Assembly (NCBI RefSeq): GCF_964204645.1 | Contig: NW_027437432.1 | Span: forward strand, 149,653 to 213,652 | Source of the DNA: Tubulanus polymorphus | Taxonomy: Eukaryota > Animalia > Nemertea | Length of the DNA: 64,000 nucleotides | Direction: 5' to 3' | Part shown: positions 59,301-64,000 of the stretch, in pieces | Layout of the letters: the number at the start of each line of letters is the position of its first letter | How positions within the stretch are numbered: position 1 is the first letter of the stretch | Translations under genes and position numbers: made by a program | Notes under the pieces: generated by a model | The model's database searches: none | The model's input: the letters and a program-made list of their open reading frames with translations, nothing else | Told to the model about the DNA's origin: nothing

Positions 59301-60442
59301 TAGAACAGTTAAAGGTGTGTACCGACCGAGTAGGTAACTTGCGTAAGGGTTCTCAAACTAAAAACACACCCGTTCATTTCATCTTTCAAATTTCACAATT
59401 TATGACATATATTTATTTATTTTCTATCAAATTTATGATACTTATATTTTGTAGATGGTGCTCAGCATTTGTCACTACAGAATTTTCAACCACCTCAAAT
59501 GGTAATGGCACCTCAGTTGAGGCCAGTTAACTGTATGCCTGTTCAACCGGTACCGAGTAATACTGCTAGTATGTTTAAACCTTTCCAAAGTAAGTCTCTT
59601 GTAGAGTTCTCTCTATCAATAAACTTTAACTGATTAACTGAGATGATAATTGCAAACTGTTGAAGCTGTAGTTTGTAAGTGGCCTCAATTCTACCCCTTG
59701 AAGACCCCTTCAGTAATGTATTGTATAGTATATCACGTCTTGTATTTGCCGGAACCCTCAACACAGTTAAGTGCCCTCTTTTTTAAGCCCTACTCAAATT
59801 TTATTGCGATCATTTATCAAATTGAGAATCAGTGAAGGTGATTGAATTTAATCGCCAGTTAACCAGCACCAATGGCAGACTCATTACGCCCAATTCATAC
59901 TCTTTCCGCTAAATGAGTCCTCAGCCAATCTCTCACCTCCTCCAATGTCTTACATGGAATATTCTAATTATTGTTAATGTTTTTGTGTTACAGATTTTGC
60001 GGCTCAGAATGTTGGATACAGCGCAGCAGTTACCGGTTCCGGAAACTTCTCAACGCAGAAAACAGCTTCATCTTTACCTCCAGTGAATCCGAATTATCTA
60101 CAAAATAATAAAAACTCATATTCATCAACAGCTACACCGGTAGCAGCAGCAGCAGCTGCTGGCAGATATAAAATACCGCAGAGTTATACACAGAACTATC
60201 AGATACCAATCTCGCAACAAACTGGCATAATCAAAACTGGGAACTACGGCAATATATACAACACTGGGAAAACTCCGACCGGAGTGCCTCCTCCTCCTCC
60301 GCTGCCGGGCTCCGTACAGCCACCAGGGGGCGTTGATTCCAGTTATAGACAGTCGTATGTTTACAATACACCGGGTGTTTATCAAGCGCGAACTCAACAG
60401 TACAACTATTCACAAAGCAGTTCATCTTATTATAAAAAATAG
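44329..60442 (+). CDS. KMT2E: KMT2E (MLL5)/SETD5/UpSET family PHD-SET protein, about 1964 aa, complete
   Basis: 25 in-frame GT-AG exons: 44329-44405, 44608-44719, 45281-45648, 45954-46096, 46186-46439, 46687-46811, 46895-46988, 47708-47782, 47858-47964, 48048-48195, 49001-49110, 49228-49380, 49936-50215, 50535-50810, 51028-51335, 51464-51499, 51585-51717, 51871-52239, 52856-52985, 53262-53464, 53545-54669, 54747-55143, 58075-58362, 59455-59589, 59994-60442. Family motifs [78 protein letters not shown]. The start codon and the low-complexity exons are less certain. Confidence 0.92.
45281..45648 (+). CDS. KMT2E: KMT2E exon: DHNY HCF1-binding motif and PHD N-half
   Basis: [16 protein letters not shown]...[21 protein letters not shown]. 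Confidence 0.92.
45726..45867. mobile_element. Second copy of the Harbinger-like MITE, opposite orientation
   Basis: Reverse-complement homology to 52452-52589 along its full length. Confidence 0.7.
45954..46096 (+). CDS. KMT2E: KMT2E exon: PHD C-half
   Basis: [27 protein letters not shown]. Confidence 0.92.
46452..46660. repeat. C-rich intronic minisatellite
   Basis: CCCTCAATCCCCCACTCACA. Confidence 0.9.
46997..47683. repeat. C-rich intronic minisatellite
   Basis: CTCCCTGTCACCCCTCCCCCCTAGTACACCCACACTCATCC. Confidence 0.9.
47858..47964 (+). CDS. KMT2E: KMT2E exon: SET domain
   Basis: [28 protein letters not shown]. Confidence 0.88.
48048..48195 (+). CDS. KMT2E: KMT2E exon: SET domain
   Basis: [38 protein letters not shown]. 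Confidence 0.9.
48208..48915. repeat. C-rich intronic minisatellite
   Basis: CCTCCTCTCCAGCCCCTTCCCC variants. Confidence 0.9.
49001..49110 (+). CDS. KMT2E: KMT2E exon: SET domain
   Basis: [34 protein letters not shown]. Confidence 0.9.
49228..49380 (+). CDS. KMT2E: KMT2E exon: post-SET Cys cluster
   Basis: [15 protein letters not shown]. Confidence 0.85.
50535..50810 (+). CDS. KMT2E: KMT2E exon: conserved coiled-coil
   Basis: [28 protein letters not shown]. Confidence 0.9.
52452..52589. mobile_element. PIF/Harbinger-like MITE (138 bp)
   Basis: TIR GGGCCGGTTCCATAG / CTATGGAACCGGCCC, 3-bp TSD CTG on both sides. Confidence 0.75.
53545..54669 (+). CDS. KMT2E: KMT2E large Ser/Thr-rich exon
   Basis: 1125-nt open exon ending RKK, spliced to VSLLEYRKR at 54747. 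Confidence 0.85.
55566..56638. repeat. 25-bp minisatellite
   Basis: AATTCTGATGTTTACGGGCCAGTGT. Confidence 0.95.
59994..60442 (+). CDS. KMT2E: KMT2E terminal coding exon
   Basis: ttacag acceptor, Tyr/Gln/Pro-rich C-terminus, stop TAG 60440-60442. Confidence 0.75.
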
Positions 60443-60455
60443 AATAGCAGGCTTA

Positions 60456-60576
60456 CAGTGAAACTCGAATGAGGTTGTCACATTTACTGAAGTCTATTTT
60501 TGAGTCTCAATTTATATTTCTTATTCAATTTACTAATTGTAAATCATTGAATTGTCACGAGCAACGAGTTTCACTG
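60456..60576. mobile_element. Tc1/mariner(pogo)-like MITE in KMT2E 3'UTR
   Basis: TIR CAGTGAAACTCG / CGAGTTTCACTG flanked by TA on both sides. Confidence 0.7.
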
Positions 60577-60981
60577 TAAAATCTATTTTATAAAATAGAT
60601 GAAGAAATTAAATGGAAAATGAGGGTTTTTTGTGCAACTTGGTCGATATAATATTTGTGCTAATTTTATCGCGATGAATAGTTATTCATCAGTCTCACTG
60701 TGCGCCGTGCACGACCTGGGTTTAGATTAAACCAGGCTGCGCCATGCTCGACCTGGGTTTAGATTAAACCAGGCTGCGCCGTGCTCGACCTGGGTTTAGA
60801 TTAAACCAGGCTTCAACGGGTCAACCTCGGTCTGAACTTAGTTCCCGGTTTGTTCGAGATAAATGAAAATATGAAAAAGTTTATTGTTTGGCATTTATTT
60901 ATACAGAAATATGTGCAGGAAAATCTAGTGAAACAAAATAAATTTCATCTACGAATGTTGTATATTTTAATAATATAAATA

Positions 60982-61016
<35 letters not shown>

Positions 61017-61349
61017 GTATATGAATATATATATATTGTAAAGAATTAACAATTTTTTTATTATCAATCTTTGTAATTAAATGTTGTATGACGTTGTTGA
61101 TTAGTAGAGACTAATTAGGCTAAGTAGAGTAATTAGTAATTTTATGTTTGTGTCATGTTTGAAATATGTAAATTAATGTTGTAAAAATAGTTCTAGAAAT
61201 TAGTGCAGTTAACTGTGCTCAATTCAGATGTTTGATCACTGAATTTGTGCTACTGAGTAACACAGTCTCTCTTCAGAGTCTGGTGAATTAGAAATAAATA
61301 CACATCCACGTCTGAATACAGCATAGTGTACTGTGGTTACTCATCCCTA

Positions 61350-62060
61350 GAGTGAGGGGGTCACTTACCTACCCGGTGAGTGGGTTCACTCATCCTCGGG
61401 GAGTAGATTTACTCACTTACCTACCCGGTGAGTGGGTTCACTCATCCTCGGGGAGTAGATTTACTCACCCCCCTAGAGAGTGGGGGGTCACTTACCTACC
61501 CGGTGAGTGGGTTCACTCATCCTCGGGGAGTAGATTTACTCACCCCCCTAGAGAGTGGGGGGGTCACTTGCCTACCCGGTGAGTGGGTTCACTCATCCTC
61601 GGGGAGTAGATTTACTCACCTCTAGAGAGTGGGGGTCACTTGCCTACCCGGTGAGTGGGTTCACTCATCCTCGGGGAGTGGATTTACTCACCTCTAGAGA
61701 GTGGATGGTTTGCTCATTTACCCAGTGAGTGGGTTCACTCATCCTCGGGGAGTAGATTTACTCACCTCTAGAGAGTGGATGGTTTACTCATTTACCCAGT
61801 GAGTGGGTTCACTCATCCTCGGGGAGTAGATTTACTCACCTCTAGAGAGTGGATGGTTTACTCATTTACCCAGTGAGTGGTTTCACTCATCCTCGGAGAG
61901 TGGATGGTTTGCTCATTTACCCAGTGAGTGGGTTCACTCATCCTCGGGGAGTAGATTTACTCACCTCTAGAGAGTGGATGGTTTACTCATTTACCCAGTG
62001 AGTGGGTTCACTCATCCTCGGAGAGTGGGGGGGTTTGCTCATTTACCCAGTGAGTGGATA
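61350..62060. repeat. Complex tandem repeat
   Basis: GTGAGTGGGTTCACTCATCCTCGGGGAGTAGATTTACTCA units. Confidence 0.9.
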
Positions 62061-62151
62061 TCGATGTAAAATTCAAAGAGTATTTTAGAGTTTCTTTTCT
62101 ATTTTATGACATGTAAAATTGAGTCGTGGCGTGACTTCCTCAAGATACATC

Positions 62152-62325
62152 GTATGACTCCCTGAGAGTCATAGCATGACTCCCGGTAAGTCATCGTATG
62201 ACTCCCTGAGAGTCATCGCATGACTCCCTGAGAGTCATCGTATGACTCCCTAAGAGTCATAGCATGACTCCCGGAGAGTCATCGTATGACTCCCTGAGAG
62301 TCATAGTATGACTCCCTGAGAGTCA
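62152..62325. repeat. 22-bp palindromic minisatellite
   Basis: TATGACTCCCTGAGAGTCATCG. Confidence 0.9.
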
Positions 62326-63594
62326 CGAGATGTCTGTAAATAAATATTGTAAATTGAACTCTTTTTTTTATGAACAGTTTGATAATGATGTATTATCAGA
62401 AGATTGAAAGATCTCATTTTCTGTAAATAGTTTTTTCATCGTTGTATAAACTTTTCTCTTTCCCTCACTGTTTTTTTGTAAGAGTCGTTGTCGTCGTCGC
62501 CTTCAACCTAAATATTCATGTTCCTGTAACCACCCCCTTCCTCCCCCTCCCCTCCCCCCCTCCCCTCCTAGGTCCAGTCGCTCTACAGGTGGTTAGAGTT
62601 AACCAGTGGATAGTTGACAAAGTGACAATTAAAAGTTCATTGTTACTTTTTTATTAATCCACCAGTTATCTTTATCCAACTTTTGAGCAACTGCAGCCCC
62701 TGATGTCTTGACTTTACAGTTAAAACAGTTTGTAAATGAAACTACTCCTATATACTGACCCCAAACTGACCCCAAACTGACCTCAAACTGACCCCAAACT
62801 GACCCCAAACTGACCCCTCGGTTTCAAGACTTGTATAGATTTTCTGCAGTTAAAAACTGTTTGAAATTTATTTATTTATTTCCTATTTTCTAGAAAAAAA
62901 AGAACCTATCGCCTTCTTTTATTTATTAATTATTATTATTAATTATGATTATCATTAAGCTTATTATTACAATAGAAATATAGAATATTTTGTTTAGATT
63001 TCATCAAGAATAGATTTAGAATTAAGATCTAAAAGAATTTTATATTCACATCTAAGATTAATTATCATGAATCTGCCGTCTATAGCGGGATGGCTCCGCG
63101 TGGATGGGTGGTTCCGGGCTGCGGATTGATACCAGCACTATTGATATAAAAGCTAAAATTGTATGTCATCGTGAAGCAAGCAAAAATTACAGATCGTTTT
63201 CTCATTAGTCAGAAACCAATCAGCCCCTCTCTCCTGATATTCCTTGTGTTCCCTTCAATTTACAGCAATATTTTACTCTTGAATTCTGAAAAAAAAAGAA
63301 ATATAATTTGCGCGGATTTTATTTTTATATTTTATCAACAGCAGCTGTTCATCAATAAGTCTGTAAATATAAAAGCATAACCAAGAAAATTGATTATGGT
63401 AACTAATTAATTGAGGTAATTGATTAATTATGGTAACTAATTAATTAATTATGATAATAAACGCTGTAAAAAGCCAGTAATTTTAGAACTATACAATTTT
63501 TGTGTAAAAATAAAGCTATTCTTGATATTGAAAAGAATTATTCTTGCATTTGTGAGTTTTATTTTAATTGCGGAAAGTGGGATTCCGGTACACT

Positions 63595-63911
63595 GTGCCC
63601 CGGTCCGGCGCCGTCGAGACAGGAGGATACCACCGTGCCCCGGTCCGGCGCCGTCGAGAGGATACCACCGTGCCCCGGACCCGCGCCGTCGAGAGGATAC
63701 CACTGCGCCCCGGTCCGGCGCCGTCGAGAGGATACCACCGTGCCCCGGTCCCGCGCCGTCAAGAGGATACCACCGCGCCCCGGTCCGGCGCCGTCGAGAG
63801 GATACCACCGCGCCCCGGTCCGGCGCCGTCGAGAGGATACCACCGCGCCCCGGTCCGGCGCCGTCGAAAGGATACCACCGTGCCCCGGTCCGGCGCCGTC
63901 GAGAGGATACC
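63595..63911. repeat. 35-bp GC-rich minisatellite
   Basis: GTGCCCCGGTCCGGCGCCGTCGAGAGGATACCACC. Confidence 0.93.
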
Positions 63912-64000
63912 GATACAGCATGCCTCAGCATCCAGTTCCGCAGTTGTAAGTTAGAGTTAACTCTGAACTCAGGATCCAGTTCCACAGTTGTAAGTTAGAG

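Overview
Eukaryotic (animal, probably lophotrochozoan/spiralian - inference) AT-rich genomic DNA with two large intron-rich genes arranged head-to-head and one small gene nested inside one of them. (1) Minus strand: CADPS/CAPS/unc-31 (calcium-dependent secretion activator). I traced 18 phase-consistent coding exons by eye from ATG 40562 down to 679 (about 1067 codons); the gene runs off the left edge. There are also several candidate cassette/micro-exons. (2) Plus strand: a complete KMT2E(MLL5)/SETD5/UpSET-family gene, 25 coding exons from 44329 to 60442 (about 1964 aa; HCF1-binding DHNY, PHD, degenerate SET). (3) An intronless 311-aa divergent TALE-class homeobox gene (13838-14773, +) lies antisense inside a CADPS intron. 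It has its own CCAAT/TATA-like/Inr promoter, a dense cluster of homeodomain sites and a maternal-type 3'UTR, and it resembles the spiralian-specific TALE (SPILE/PADRE) genes. Introns are packed with minisatellites (one 69-bp array spans about 5 kb), MITEs and tRNA-derived SINE-like elements. At least five tandem arrays straddle splice sites and create runs of decoy acceptors/donors, and CTCF-like motifs recur next to splice junctions. All exon boundaries and family assignments are manual; no searches were run.
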